A stretch of DNA of 64,000 bases from Rhodospirillales bacterium (GCA_038143065.1 JAYQLI010000035.1:2272894-2336893), one strand, 5' to 3'. Counted from the stretch's first letter, positions 44,876-58,747 are shown. The notes: a model not told the origin generated them from the letters alone. Numbers and translations are program-made.

Positions 44876-45736
44876 ATGAATATGCGGACTCTTACAGCTG
44901 ATCAGCAGGCTCGCTGGGCCATTGATGGCTATTTGCACTTGGAGGGAGTTTTTGATCATCAAGAGGTGGCGCACCTCTCAAAGGCAATTGATTATGTCCG
45001 GACACAACCTGGTTGGGAGCCAATGTCTGGGATGTTGCCACGCGGGCATTACGGTTGGGTTGAAAAATGTGTAGATCAGGATCCATCTGGTTTTATGGAT
45101 CGCCGGAATATCCTCCCCTATGACCAAGCCTTTGTTGACCTTATGGATCGTCCTGAAGTTTTTGACCTGATTGTTGATATTATGGGTCCTAACATCCTTT
45201 TCAGTATGTCTCAGGCTATTGTACGTCCATCGACTCAGGAATTTCCTGGATACACACATACAGATGGTGGGGAGGCGTTGCGTGAAATTCGTGTAACTGA
45301 GACGAGCAGGCCTTTGGCCATGAAGGCACTTTATTTGCTGTCTGATGTTACAGAAGAAGATGCGGGTGCTTTTACAGTTTATCCAGGCAGTCATTTTAGG
45401 CCATTTCCAAAAGACCGTAATCCGCCTCTTGATCCTAGGAGTCCGGGATGTGTGCAGTTGATGGGCAAAGCTGGCGATTGTTTTTTATTTCCGCATGCAA
45501 TTTGGCATGGCCCAGCGCCAAATTACTCTGGGAAAGCTCGCAAAACACTACTGTATAATTATTGTCAGCTCTTCATGCGTGCATATGATTTTGGGGCTTT
45601 GCCAACCAATCTGCTTGAGAAGATGTCGCCGAGGCAACGGAGATTGATGGGCGACCTAGGTCATAATTGGCGACCAGGCGACTATTTTTATGTGCCCGAG
45701 GATCAGGAAGAAATAATAACAGGCCACGCGGCCTGA
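44876..45736 (+). CDS. Phytanoyl-CoA dioxygenase (PhyH) family protein
   Basis: DGYL, HTD, PGSH, AGD...HAIWHG..N; AGGAGG RBS. Confidence 0.88.
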   Translation: MNMRTLTADQQARWAIDGYLHLEGVFDHQEVAHLSKAIDYVRTQPGWEPMSGMLPRGHYGWVEKCVDQDPSGFMDRRNILPYDQAFVDLMDRPEVFDLIVDIMGPNILFSMSQAIVRPSTQEFPGYTHTDGGEALREIRVTETSRPLAMKALYLLSDVTEEDAGAFTVYPGSHFRPFPKDRNPPLDPRSPGCVQLMGKAGDCFLFPHAIWHGPAPNYSGKARKTLLYNYCQLFMRAYDFGALPTNLLEKMSPRQRRLMGDLGHNWRPGDYFYVPEDQEEIITGHAA

Positions 45737-45818
45737 ACGCGCAGGTTGGATCGCCCCACTAGTCTCGCGTAGAGCGCCCTGTTAAAACTAGTTCACGAAG
45801 GATATTTGGGATTTTCTC

Positions 45819-46418
45819 ATGCGTCAGGCGACTGTTGAGCGGAAAACGCGTGAAACCGCAATAAAAGTGACCGTTGGCTTAGACGGTGCGGGTTTGTCTT
45901 CTATTGAAAGCGGTGTTGGCTTTTTTAACCACATGCTGGATCAGTTGGCCCGTCATGGATTGATTGATATTGATCTAAAAGCCGATGGGGATCTTCATAT
46001 TGATGATCATCACACGGTAGAAGATTGCGGCATTGTGTTGGGGAAGGCCGTTGCCAAAGCTTTAGGCGAGCGCAAAGGAATTCGCCGCTATGGCGAGGCT
46101 TACGTACCAATGGACGAGACGCTTGTTCGTTGCATAATCGATCTCTCCAATAGACCATTCTTAGTATGGCGGGTGGAAATGCCTTCCAACAAAATTGGGA
46201 CGTTTGATAGCCAGCTTGTTCGGGAATTTTTTCAGGCATTTGCCGTCGCAGTAGGTGCTACTTTGCATGTAGAGGCTCTTTATGGCGAAAACGCACACCA
46301 CGTAGCTGAAGCTTGCTTTAAAGCTTTGGCAAGGGCTTTGCGTGCATCTATTGAGATTGATCCTCGTCGCGGGGATGAGACACCATCGACCAAGGGCGTA
46401 TTAGGTGGATCTCTGTAG
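45819..46418 (+). CDS. hisB: Imidazoleglycerol-phosphate dehydratase
   Basis: [28 protein letters not shown]. Confidence 0.97.
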   Translation: MRQATVERKTRETAIKVTVGLDGAGLSSIESGVGFFNHMLDQLARHGLIDIDLKADGDLHIDDHHTVEDCGIVLGKAVAKALGERKGIRRYGEAYVPMDETLVRCIIDLSNRPFLVWRVEMPSNKIGTFDSQLVREFFQAFAVAVGATLHVEALYGENAHHVAEACFKALARALRASIEIDPRRGDETPSTKGVLGGSL

Positions 46419-46568
46419 AAATGCCGCGGAAATGGGCAAATAAAACCATAAAACCCTGCAACATCTATGACCAAAAAAAGTGTCTTTGCCTTGAAATCAT
46501 GGCTCTGGGAGAGCTGCAATTAACCCCCATTTTTGCAAATTCATACTGGTGATTTGGGAGCGGCATTT

Positions 46569-47213
46569 GTGAAAGTTGCGCTAGTAGACTATGGCTCAGG
46601 CAATCTGCGTTCGGCAGCCAAGGCGTTCGAGCGTTCCGTGCGGGAAGCTGAATTAAAAGCAGACATAGTTGTAACAAACGACGCTAAGATAATTGCCTCA
46701 GCAGATAAGGTAGTGCTTCCCGGGGTTGGCGCCTTTCGGGATTGCAGAGATGGAATTGCCTCATTGCCTGGCGTGCAGGATGCGGTTGAGCAAGCGGCCA
46801 CTGTTAGGCAAGTTCCATTTCTTGGTATTTGCGTTGGCATGCAATTAATGGCCACGCTTGGAAAGGAGTTTGGGGATACTGCCGGATTTGGTTTTGTTCC
46901 CGGGGTAGTCCAGCCAATTCAGCTGGATGATCCAAGCTTAAAAATTCCTCATATGGGATGGAACTCTTTGTCTTTTATCTCAGCAAAACATGCGATCTTC
47001 GAAGGTATAGGTCCAGGCGAATATTTTTATTTTGTCCATTCTTATGCATTCAGAGCAGAAATGCAGGAACATGTTATTGCTGAGGTGGACTATGGGGGGC
47101 GAGTGACAGCAGCTATCGGGACAGCAAATGTGGTCGGTTTGCAATTTCACCCTGAGAAAAGCCAAGTAGCAGGTTTAAAAATCATCCAAAATTTCCTTAG
47201 ATGGGAGCCTTGA
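46569..47213 (+). CDS. hisH: Imidazole glycerol phosphate synthase, glutaminase subunit
   Basis: DYGSGNL, LPGVGAF, GICVGMQ, PHMGWN, QFHPEKS. Confidence 0.96.
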   Translation: MKVALVDYGSGNLRSAAKAFERSVREAELKADIVVTNDAKIIASADKVVLPGVGAFRDCRDGIASLPGVQDAVEQAATVRQVPFLGICVGMQLMATLGKEFGDTAGFGFVPGVVQPIQLDDPSLKIPHMGWNSLSFISAKHAIFEGIGPGEYFYFVHSYAFRAEMQEHVIAEVDYGGRVTAAIGTANVVGLQFHPEKSQVAGLKIIQNFLRWEP

Positions 47214-47216
47214 TCT

Positions 47217-47768
47217 ATGACTACTGGTACAAACGTCCAGATGGTCGAAAAATTTGGAGAGTCCGATGTTGAGGAGCTCTGCGAGTCAGCCAACCTAGCC
47301 ATTCTGGACGGAGGAGGGTTCGGTTGGCTTGAGCCTCCTCCTAGGCAGACGTTGGAAGCGTATTGGCGGGGGTCATGTTGGTCCCGGAACGCGAGCTATT
47401 TGTGGCACGTTTGAATGGTATTATCTGTGGTTCAGCTCAACTCGTTTCACCACCGAGAAACAATGAGGCCCAGAAGCATTCCGTCTCTCTAATGCACTCT
47501 TTCATTGCGCCCCTGGGCGCGAGGCCATGGCTTGGCAAGGCAATTGACGCGGGAAGTTGAGCTTAGAGCTCGGAAAAGAAAATTTCGTATTCTGAACCTA
47601 GATGTTCGTGAAACTCAGACAAGAGCAATCAAGCTTTATCAAGAGCTTGGTTTTGACCGTTGGGCAACACACCCACATTATGCTTTTGTGCAGGGTAAGT
47701 GGACTAAAGGTCTATTTTTCTTCAAAAATTTACTTGATACAGATCCTCCACCTGCTGAGCCTGAATAA
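47217..47768 (+). CDS. GNAT-family acetyltransferase inside the his operon (two frameshifts)
   Basis: GGGFGW, APWARGHGLA, LDVRETQ..AI.LY..LGF. Confidence 0.85.
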
Positions 47769-47770
47769 TC

Positions 47771-48493
47771 ATGATCCTTTACCCGGCTATCGATCTCAAA
47801 AATGGTCAATGCGTTCGTCTTTTAAGAGGCGATATGGAGAAGGCCACCGTATTTAACGATGACCCAGCTGCGCAAGCTCGTATTTTTCAACAGGCTGGTT
47901 TCCAATGGCTGCATTTAGTTGATCTAGATGGAGCCATTGAAGGTAACGCTGTAAACAGCACCGCAGTCCGGAATATCCTATCAGAAGTCACTCTGCCCGC
48001 TCAGTTGGGAGGGGGTATCCGCGACATGGAGGCGATTGATCGTTGGCTAGAAGCAGGTATTGCTCGTGTAATTCTAGGTACAATCGCCCTTGAAGACCCG
48101 GCTTTGGTTAAAGCAGCGTGTAAGGCATACCCAGGAAAGATCGCCATTGGTATCGATGCACGTAATGGAATGGTTGCAGTAAAAGGATGGGTGGAAACCA
48201 GTACCATTTCTGCAATGGAGTTAGCTCTTAGGTTTGAAGATGCTGGAGCTGCAGCCATCGTTTTCACAGATATCGATAGAGATGGAGCGATGGGTGGGGT
48301 CAATTTAGATGCAACTGTGGATCTTGCTTTCGCACTTTCTACGCCAGTTATTGCTTCTGGGGGCGTTTCAAGCCTTCATGATCTAAAGGCACTTAAGGCT
48401 GAGGAGCAGTCAGGCATAAATGGGGTAATTGTTGGGCGTGCTCTTTACGATGGTGGAATACAAGCTAAGCCTGCTCTTGAGGTTTTGAAATAA
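47771..48493 (+). CDS. hisA: ProFAR isomerase
   Basis: PAIDL, HLVDLDGA, GGGIR, TDIDRDG, ASGG. Confidence 0.97.
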   Translation: MILYPAIDLKNGQCVRLLRGDMEKATVFNDDPAAQARIFQQAGFQWLHLVDLDGAIEGNAVNSTAVRNILSEVTLPAQLGGGIRDMEAIDRWLEAGIARVILGTIALEDPALVKAACKAYPGKIAIGIDARNGMVAVKGWVETSTISAMELALRFEDAGAAAIVFTDIDRDGAMGGVNLDATVDLAFALSTPVIASGGVSSLHDLKALKAEEQSGINGVIVGRALYDGGIQAKPALEVLK

Positions 48494-48496
48494 ATT

Positions 48497-49267
48497 ATGC
48501 TCACTGTTCGGATCATCCCCTGCCTTGATGTTCATAACGGCCGTGTTGTTAAAGGCGTTAATTTTGTAAATCTTGTGGATGCGGGAGACCCTGTCGAGCA
48601 GGCGAAGGTTTATGACGCAGCGGGAGCTGATGAGCTTTGCTTTCTAGACATCACGGCAAGTCATGAAGGTCGCGATACCTTATATGATGTAGTGAGCGCC
48701 ACAGCCGAACAATGCTTTATGCCATTAACTGTCGGTGGCGGTGTAAGGCAGATTGAGGACGTTAGAAAACTTTTGCTGGCCGGTGCAGATAAAGTTTCCA
48801 TCAATTCTGCGGCAGTTAATCGGCCAGAACTAGTGTCAGAGGCGAGCGAAAAATTTGGTACGCAATGCATTGTTGTGGCTATAGATGCAAAACAAGTGAG
48901 CCCTGGACATTGGTCTGTTTTTACCCACGGAGGGCGTCGTGACACTGGTATAGACGCTGTCCAATGGGCAAAACGTGTTGTTTCTTTGGGGGCTGGTGAA
49001 ATCTTGCTTACCTCAATGGATAGAGATGGTGCGCGAACTGGTTTTGATTTGGAGTTGACCCGATCAATTTCTGATGCTGTCTCTGTCCCAGTCATTGCGT
49101 CAGGAGGCGTAGGCAAGGTGGAGCACTTAGTTGAAGGTATTACTGATGGGCACGCCTCAGCGGTACTGGCAGCATCGATTTTCCACTTTGGTGAAGTTGA
49201 AATTGTGGAAGCGAAGTTGCACATGCAACAGGCTGGATTGCCGGTTCGTCTAGTTCCTACTCGTTGA
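48497..49267 (+). CDS. hisF: Imidazole glycerol phosphate synthase, cyclase subunit
   Basis: [31 protein letters not shown]. Confidence 0.98.
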   Translation: MLTVRIIPCLDVHNGRVVKGVNFVNLVDAGDPVEQAKVYDAAGADELCFLDITASHEGRDTLYDVVSATAEQCFMPLTVGGGVRQIEDVRKLLLAGADKVSINSAAVNRPELVSEASEKFGTQCIVVAIDAKQVSPGHWSVFTHGGRRDTGIDAVQWAKRVVSLGAGEILLTSMDRDGARTGFDLELTRSISDAVSVPVIASGGVGKVEHLVEGITDGHASAVLAASIFHFGEVEIVEAKLHMQQAGLPVRLVPTR

Positions 49268-49434
49268 GGCTGGTTGCTAATTTTAACCACGCCCTGGGCT
49301 GGTGCCTATGTTCAAAACAGGTTAATATTTCGATACATTTTGGACGATAAATGCAGACTAGTTTTGCAGCACCGTGCTTTCAATTTCACCGCATTTAAGG
49401 TGCGGGTGATATTCCTGATTAAGGGTTTGAGATT

Positions 49435-50559
49435 ATGCGGCTTATGATTGACAGAAATGTGCTCTTGCGCACGCTTTCCCATGCCCAAAGCGTTGTTGAA
49501 CGCCGAAATACAATCCCCATCCTCGCAAACGTTAAGTTAGATGTGGCTGACGGTAAATTATCTCTTTCGGCTACTGATATGGAGATTGGCTTATTAGAAG
49601 CAGCTGACGCTGATCCAGCATCACAGTCTGGCTCAGCAACTGCTCCTGCGCATACACTTCACGACATCGTTCGTAAATTGCCAGACGGCGCCCAAGTTGA
49701 GCTAGCTTTGGATGCTGAGGCCGAACGAATGATTGTCCGAGCAGGTCGTTCTACCTTCCAACTAGCAGTGCTGCCTACGGCTGACTTTCCATCCCTTGCT
49801 GATAGTGAAATGCCGATCGGCTTCAAGATGGCTGCTAGAGATCTAAGAACACTTATTGATCGTACCCGTTTTGCTATTTCCACCGAAGAGACTCGTTACT
49901 ATCTCAACGGAATTTATTTCCATACGGCAGACCAAGAAGGTGTAAAAGTTCTTCGAGCGGTAGCAACTGATGGACATCGATTAGCTCGGGCGGAGGCGCC
50001 GCTTCCTGATGGAGCAGCAGGCATGCCCGGAGTTATTGTCCCTCGAAAGACTGTTGGTGAGCTGCGCAAACTTCTTGAAGAAGCGGGGGATGCATATGTG
50101 GAAGTCTCTGTTTCGGAGACAAAGATCCGCTTTGCAATGAACGGTGTAGTTCTAACCTCTAAGCTAATAGACGGGGCTTTCCCTGATTATGAGCGAGTTA
50201 TTCCTGCCGGTAATGATAAAAGTGTTCAGATTGACCGTCAGGCTTTTAAGGATGCCGTTGACCGCGTCTCAACAATAGCGACTGAGAAATCACGTGCGGT
50301 AAAGCTTGCTTTGCAACAGGGTGCTATCGTTGTTTCCGCTAACAACGCTGAAGCTGGCGCTGCCAGTGAAGAAATTGAGGCGGATTATGATGCTGAGTCA
50401 ATGGAGATAGGCTTCAACTCGCGCTATCTGCTTGACATTGCAAATCAGATTGAAGGCGATATTGCTGAATTAGTTTTTGCAGATCCAGCGGCACCTACGA
50501 TATTGCGCGATAAAGCTGATGCTTCGGCGCTTTACGTTCTCATGCCAATGCGCGTCTAG
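49435..50559 (+). CDS. dnaN: DNA polymerase III beta clamp
   Basis: RNTIPIL, ETRYYLNG, ATDGHRL, FPDY, MPMR. Confidence 0.98.
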   Translation: MRLMIDRNVLLRTLSHAQSVVERRNTIPILANVKLDVADGKLSLSATDMEIGLLEAADADPASQSGSATAPAHTLHDIVRKLPDGAQVELALDAEAERMIVRAGRSTFQLAVLPTADFPSLADSEMPIGFKMAARDLRTLIDRTRFAISTEETRYYLNGIYFHTADQEGVKVLRAVATDGHRLARAEAPLPDGAAGMPGVIVPRKTVGELRKLLEEAGDAYVEVSVSETKIRFAMNGVVLTSKLIDGAFPDYERVIPAGNDKSVQIDRQAFKDAVDRVSTIATEKSRAVKLALQQGAIVVSANNAEAGAASEEIEADYDAESMEIGFNSRYLLDIANQIEGDIAELVFADPAAPTILRDKADASALYVLMPMRV

Positions 50560-50590
50560 TTTTAGGGTTCCTTTGTTCGCGCATCCGCTC

Positions 50591-51741
50591 ATGCATACGG
50601 CCCCGGCCAATGACGTAAGCTTTCCTCAAGGCTGCGCTATAGAAAGACTGACCCTTACAGATTTTCGAAGTCATGCCAGCTTTCGATTAGAAACCAACGC
50701 ACCAGAGGTTGTTTTGGTCGGTCCCAATGGTGCTGGAAAGACCAATGTCTTAGAGGCAATTTCTCTTCTTACCCCCGGTCGAGGAATGCGTGGAGCACGT
50801 TCAAGCGAAATTTCACGCTCAGGAAGTGTGGGAGGCTGGGCAGCAGCTGCTTTAGTGAAGGGGCCGTTAGGAGATTCGCATATCGGAGTGGGTGTTGACG
50901 CAAATCAGACTAACAACGCCCGTAAAGTCCATGTAGATGGTCATTTGCACAGGGGCCAAGTATCTCTCGCTGAGAGATTTTCTGCTCTTTGGTTGACCCC
51001 TCAAATGGATGCCCTTTTTGTAGGGCCTTCGGAAGAGCGAAGACGCTATTTGGATAGGATTGCCGCTAACTCCGACCCTGCGCATATAGGTCGCGTCGCA
51101 AATTATCGGAATGCTATGCGTCAACGACTGTCACTTCTGAAAACGGGCAGCGCTGACGTTGTCTGGATAGATGCCTTAGAGGCTGAAATGGCCAGTCGAG
51201 CTGTAGCTGTGGCAGCGGCTCGTATTGAAACAGCAGCCCGTCTAGATGCTGCGGCAGCGAGGGTGTTACAGAGTTTCCGCGCGCTCGAATCACTGTCAAA
51301 GGAATAACAGAGGATTGGCTCAATCAAATTCCGGCTTTGGAGGCAGAAGATCGACTCCGCGTGTTATTAAAGGAGGAGCGGCGTCGAGATTCGGAGACAG
51401 GAGTTACCTCCTCTGGGCCTCATCGAAGCGATATGGTTGTAATGGATCGAGCTCGTGAACTATCTGCGGCCAGTGGTTCTACAGGTGAACAGAAAGCCCT
51501 TCTTGTTTCGCTGACCTTTGCATCCGCACGCATGATAAAAGACGCTACTGGTTGTTCCCCAGCATTACTTTTGGATGAGGTTGCAGCACATTTTGATCCC
51601 AATAGAAGGCGCGTTCTTTTTGATGAAGCATTAGAGCTTGGGGGACAGGTTTGGATTACGGGCGCTGATAAATCACAACTTCGAGAACTTGCAGACCGAG
51701 CTGATTGGCATTGTATAAGTCAGGGCTCTGACAAAAATTAA
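50591..51741 (+). CDS. recF: DNA replication/repair protein RecF (frameshift near 51262)
   Basis: GPNGAGKTN.LEA, RRRYLD, GPHRSD, STGEQK, LLDEV.AH. Confidence 0.94.
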
Positions 51742-51763
51742 TATGTTGATGTTAGGAATCTAA

Positions 51764-54194
<2,431 letters not shown>

Positions 54195-54249
54195 GGTTTT
54201 ACTCACTGATCGCTTGTTTTTTGATTTTTAGGCTTTGGATTAAGCCATT

Positions 54250-55419
54250 TTAAGGAAGAGCTCTTAACAGACGATCAATTTCATTTTCGTTGTTATAGTA
54301 GTGCACGGACGCACGAAGGATTGAAGGTAAGCGACGCCGTGTTGCATCAATCAAGGTGCTTGATGGAATAGATACACTGACATTTATTCCCATAGCTCTT
54401 AGATTTTTCTGGAGTTCAAAGGGTTCTTCCCCGTCTACTATAAAAGTAACGATACCGCATTGCTGACTACCGATATCCGTTAGTTTAATATTTGAGCGCT
54501 CTGAAAGTCGTTGGCGCAATCTAAGAGCGAGCTTTTGTATACGCTCCCATATATTTTCTATGCCAATTTCTAGCGCATAATCGACAGCAGCACCTAATCC
54601 CAGCCTTGCTGCATAATTATTTTCCCAATTTTCGAAGCGCCTCGCATCTGGTCGTAGCGTATATTCGTTTAGAGAAGTCCACTCCGCAGCAAAATGGTCG
54701 ATAATAACCGGCTCAAGACTTTGAATAATATCTTTCCTTACGTATAAAAAGCCAATGCCGCGTGGTCCTCTCAAATATTTCCGTCCGGTTGCAGAGAGCA
54801 AATCGCAGCCGATTTCTTCGACATCAATTGGCATCTGCCCTATGGATTGGCAGGCATCCAGCAGGTAAAGGGCTCCGTGCGCTCTTGCGATCTGGCCAAC
54901 TGCTGCGGCTGGATTCACCAATCCCCCATTGGTTGGTACGTGACTGATTGCTATAAGTTTTACAGAATTGTCCATCATTGATGCTAGGGCGGCGATATCT
55001 AGCTCGCCTGATGCCTGGGAAGGGACTACTTCGACCACCACTCCCTTATTTTTTGCAGCTTGCAGAAAAGCAACGTAGTTGGCGCCATATTCGGCTTCTG
55101 ATGTAATGATGCGGTCACCAGGCTGAAATGGGATAGAATAAAAAGCCATATCCCAAGCGACAGTAGCATTTTCAACAATAGCAATTTCTTTGCTTGATCT
55201 AGCACCAATCAATTTGACGATAGAATCATAAACAGCTTCGATCCGATCGATTTCACGATCGGCTGCCTCATACCCACCTATTGCTGCTTCAAGTTCTAGG
55301 TGTTTGATCTGGGCATCAATGACTGCTCTAGGAGGTAAAGCCGACCCAGCATTATTAAAATGACAGACAAATTCTGTGCCTGGCGTATCTTTCCGGATTT
55401 TGGTTAGGTTGATATTCAC
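54250..55419 (-). CDS. Class V PLP-dependent enzyme, EgtE-like C-S lyase candidate
   Basis: HFNNAG, EAAIGGYEAA, DACQS, SATGRKYLRGPRG, RASVHYYN; no persulfide Cys in the C-terminal loop. Confidence 0.75.
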   Translation of the reverse strand: MNINLTKIRKDTPGTEFVCHFNNAGSALPPRAVIDAQIKHLELEAAIGGYEAADREIDRIEAVYDSIVKLIGARSSKEIAIVENATVAWDMAFYSIPFQPGDRIITSEAEYGANYVAFLQAAKNKGVVVEVVPSQASGELDIAALASMMDNSVKLIAISHVPTNGGLVNPAAAVGQIARAHGALYLLDACQSIGQMPIDVEEIGCDLLSATGRKYLRGPRGIGFLYVRKDIIQSLEPVIIDHFAAEWTSLNEYTLRPDARRFENWENNYAARLGLGAAVDYALEIGIENIWERIQKLALRLRQRLSERSNIKLTDIGSQQCGIVTFIVDGEEPFELQKNLRAMGINVSVSIPSSTLIDATRRRLPSILRASVHYYNNENEIDRLLRALP

Positions 55420-56543
55420 TTCAGACCCAAAATAATCTCATCCGTGTGCTGCCCTACATCAGGACTCAGGCCACGTGGGTCATTATCTTCTAATCTGGCA
55501 ATGCCAGGTGGTTGTGGGACGGGAATGAGGCCCAAACCTGGCTGGTCAGGCCACGAGAATGTGCCAGCCGTTTTTACGTGTTCATTTGCCAACACATCGC
55601 CATATTCGTGAACGGGTGCGCACATGAGCCCAAGCTCAGCAAAAAAATTAATCCAATGCTCTGCTGATTTGGTTTTGAGGGTTGGGGCAAGGAGGGCGTT
55701 GATCTCTGTTGCTCGCCAAATTCTGTCATTATGGGTGGAAAATTCTGGACGTGATTTGAGTTCGGATAAGCCAAGTGCATCACATACTTTTTTCAAAATG
55801 GTCAGGCCGGTTCGCAGACAGATTAATGAAGCCTGTTGTTGTCTCAAAAGTTCCCACAGGCACCCCATTGGCTGGAGGTTGGCCACCTTGTGCGTGGTGG
55901 CGAACAAATTGCCCAGCCTGCACAGCCATTGCACTTTCCATCAGTGAAATATCAAGCTTACGTCCACCCATACCTTTGTCACGGGCAATAAGCGCTGTTG
56001 CCACCGCCTGGTAAGCGTATAAGCCAGTAATATAATCGATGATCGCCATGCCTACCCGCATTGGTGATCCATCTTTATCCCGAGTTATTGACTGAAGACC
56101 CGTAAAAGCCTGCAAAATTGCGTCTGTGGCGGGGCGTTTGGAGAGTGGGCCCACAGGTCCAAAACCTGATATGGAGAGATAAATTACATTTGGATTAACG
56201 CTTTTAACGCTTTCGTAGTCGAGGCCTAGACGTTCAATGACGCCTGGCCGAAAGCTTTGTGTTACAATATCAGCTTCAGAGGCTAATTTCAGAGCTGCCG
56301 CTTTTCCTTCTTGTGATTTGAGGTCTAGGACAACAGATCGCTTGCCTCGGTTAGTTGATAATGACTGTGCTGACTGATCGCCATGAATGCGACCCCCATG
56401 TTTCGCACCCAATCCCCACTATCGGGTTCTATTTTAACGACGTATGCACCGTATTGAGCCAATAGCATTGCAGCGTATGGGCCAGCTATCCCCTGAGCAA
56501 TATCACAGACCTTGATGCCGTTTAGGGGAAGATAGTTAGACAT
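55416..56543 (-). CDS. CaiB/BaiF family III CoA-transferase (two frameshifts)
   Basis: AGPYA..LLAQYGA.V.KIE, NRGKRS, FRPG, SISGFG. Confidence 0.9.
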
Positions 56544-56641
56544 CGTTACCTCTTATTTTTCACTTGATAGAATTTATAGAGAGTTAAAAAACGCACGCGG
56601 GATCAGAAAGCTAATCCCTTTTCAATGCAAAGGTTTTAATT

Positions 56642-57706
56642 TCAGGAAGTGGATGCGATCCGCCACCCGACTTCTGCCAATTGTCTTGCTTTTGCTCCCC
56701 TTTTCAAAGCATCAGGACTTGATGCATTTCCATCTAGGCCACGTTTGTAGACACCCTGGGCAATTGCACCCAAGCGGAATAGTGATAATGCGAGGTAAAA
56801 GCTCCAATTAGAGGGCGGAGAAATTCCCCGGGCTTTGCAATATGTTTCCACATATTCATTTTCCGTAAGAATACCGTGTTCTTCTAGATCGATATGAGTA
56901 ATGTCACCGCGTTCTGGATCAGCAACGTGATAGTTCAAGCAGTTATATGCTAGATCCGATAATGGATCTCCTAATGTTCCAAGTTCCCAGTCTATTACAG
57001 CAAGTATTTCAGGGCGTTCTGGGTGGAAAATTGTATTTTCCATCCTGTAGTCGCCATGAACTATCGTAGTTTGTTCTGATTCTGGCATGTTTTCGCTAAG
57101 CCAGCGGATTAACTTATCCATCTCGGGAACATCATCAGTTTTGCTGGCCTCATATTGTGTCGACCATCGTTTTACTTGACGGCTGCAGTATCCTCCCTCA
57201 CGGCCATAGGTAGTCAGTTCCTTTTCTCGCCAATTAACTTCGTGTAGCGCAGCCAGCACACGACCCATTTCGGCGTAATGGGCACGCCGATCCGCTGGAC
57301 TCATTCCCGGTAGGGAAAAATCGCGGATAACCCGCCCTTCAACGTGCTCCATAACGTAAAAATCATGGCCTATAATTGCTTCGTCTTCGCATAAAACATA
57401 TGCCTTAGCCACAGGTACATCCGTTTCTGCTAGGGCGGAAATTACTCTAAATTCACGATCAACGGCATGGGCGGATGGAAGAAGTTTCCCCGGGGGTTTT
57501 TTGCGCATAACGTAGCGTTTCCCAAGTCCATCGGTCAGCATGAATGTTGGGTTGGACATTCCACCTCGAAACTGTCCCACTTTTAGTGGCCGGGTAAACC
57601 CCTCTATACGGGCTTCAAGATAATCCTCTAGTTGACTAACAGGAAATGCATGCTGCGCTAATACAGGATCAGTGTCTGCCGTCGATGTGATGGGAGCATT
57701 AGCCAT
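56642..57706 (-). CDS. APH-family phosphotransferase, ACAD10/11 N-terminal-like
   Basis: GGMSNPT, LLPSAHAVDRE, HGDYRMEN, DWELGTLGDP. Confidence 0.9.
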   Translation of the reverse strand: MANAPITSTADTDPVLAQHAFPVSQLEDYLEARIEGFTRPLKVGQFRGGMSNPTFMLTDGLGKRYVMRKKPPGKLLPSAHAVDREFRVISALAETDVPVAKAYVLCEDEAIIGHDFYVMEHVEGRVIRDFSLPGMSPADRRAHYAEMGRVLAALHEVNWREKELTTYGREGGYCSRQVKRWSTQYEASKTDDVPEMDKLIRWLSENMPESEQTTIVHGDYRMENTIFHPERPEILAVIDWELGTLGDPLSDLAYNCLNYHVADPERGDITHIDLEEHGILTENEYVETYCKARGISPPSNWSFYLALSLFRLGAIAQGVYKRGLDGNASSPDALKRGAKARQLAEVGWRIASTS

Positions 57707-57765
57707 TAATGATACCTTGTTATCTTAATTGTCATTTTCCTAACCCTCGCAAACAATCGCAAGGG

Positions 57766-58101
57766 TCACTTTTTGCGTGCAAGTTTGTCCAAAAAGATGG
57801 GGTCGCCATGAGGTGTCGCTTCAGCAGCATGAGCCCAGGCGATCTGACGATTGGTCTGTTCCGAAGCTGTTGTTAAACCCTTTGCAACGATGAGTTTTTC
57901 CAGAGCTGTGAGCCAATGCAAATAATAATCATCACCATCCTGTTTTGACCCTGCACCTAGTAATTCTTGAGAAAGCGCCTCCGAGAATTCGGACCATTCG
58001 AAATTACCGCGTTTGTGTAACTCAACAGCAAGAGCAAAAGCTTGCGCCTCCCAAGGAGCTGCAAATTTAGGGCTTTCAGGAAGGTCATTAAGCTTGTTCA
58101 A
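57766..58101 (-). CDS. Nitrile hydratase accessory protein, P14K-like
   Basis: FAAPWEAQAFALAV.L, W.EF, YYLHWL.ALE, TPHG.P; start codon uncertain. Confidence 0.88.
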   Translation of the reverse strand: MNKLNDLPESPKFAAPWEAQAFALAVELHKRGNFEWSEFSEALSQELLGAGSKQDGDDYYLHWLTALEKLIVAKGLTTASEQTNRQIAWAHAAEATPHGDPIFLDKLARKK

Positions 58102-58747
58102 GATAATCATCCCAAAGATCAACATAGGTGCAGGAGTTAGGTTCAGCGTCTTTACCCCATAACTCTTCTCCTTCGAAACGAACTGCATAAAGCCACTGAG
58201 GTTTTTCACTCAGACCCGCTGCATTAGTATCGGGAAATACAAAGACGCCATGTATTCGATCAATTTTTCCTCGGCGACCTCTTACATATCGAGGTAATCG
58301 AGTGTGGTTGGCCGGGTGAATATTTTTGGCTATCACAAGATCTCCTATGCTAAATTTTGCGCTCCCAACTTCTTGTCTTCTTGCTGAACCGCCCTTTTCT
58401 AGGGCAGTTGCTACATCTTCTGCTTTCAATATTCGGGATAATGTTTTCGGCGCATTTCGAGCTTTCTTAGACTTAAGTTCGCTCTGCGAGATTAGCTTTT
58501 CGGTCAAGAAGTAGCGACTCTAACCCATGAAGCCAATGCTCATAATATGTCGTCTCCAGATATTTGCCTGGGCGCATAGTTTCTCGTGCAAAGCGGGCTT
58601 GGTCTATGTTCCATTGACCTGTAAACCCCATGGCAAGGGTAACGGCAAAGCATCTTCTTTCCCACTCTTGGCTGAATAAAGGTTCGTTTGGGTCTGGGTT
58701 TATTGGACCGTGGCCGTGGCTCCCCCAAGATCGTGTGCCCCATTCAT
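58088..58747 (-). CDS. nthB: Nitrile hydratase beta subunit (frameshifts near 58722 and 58505)
   Basis: [32 protein letters not shown]...ELWG. Confidence 0.92.

Noticed and set aside
48661-49290. Long antisense ORF over hisF, and similar ones over fabG, fabF and hisA
   Set aside because: Shadow frames of conserved genes, with no motifs or RBS
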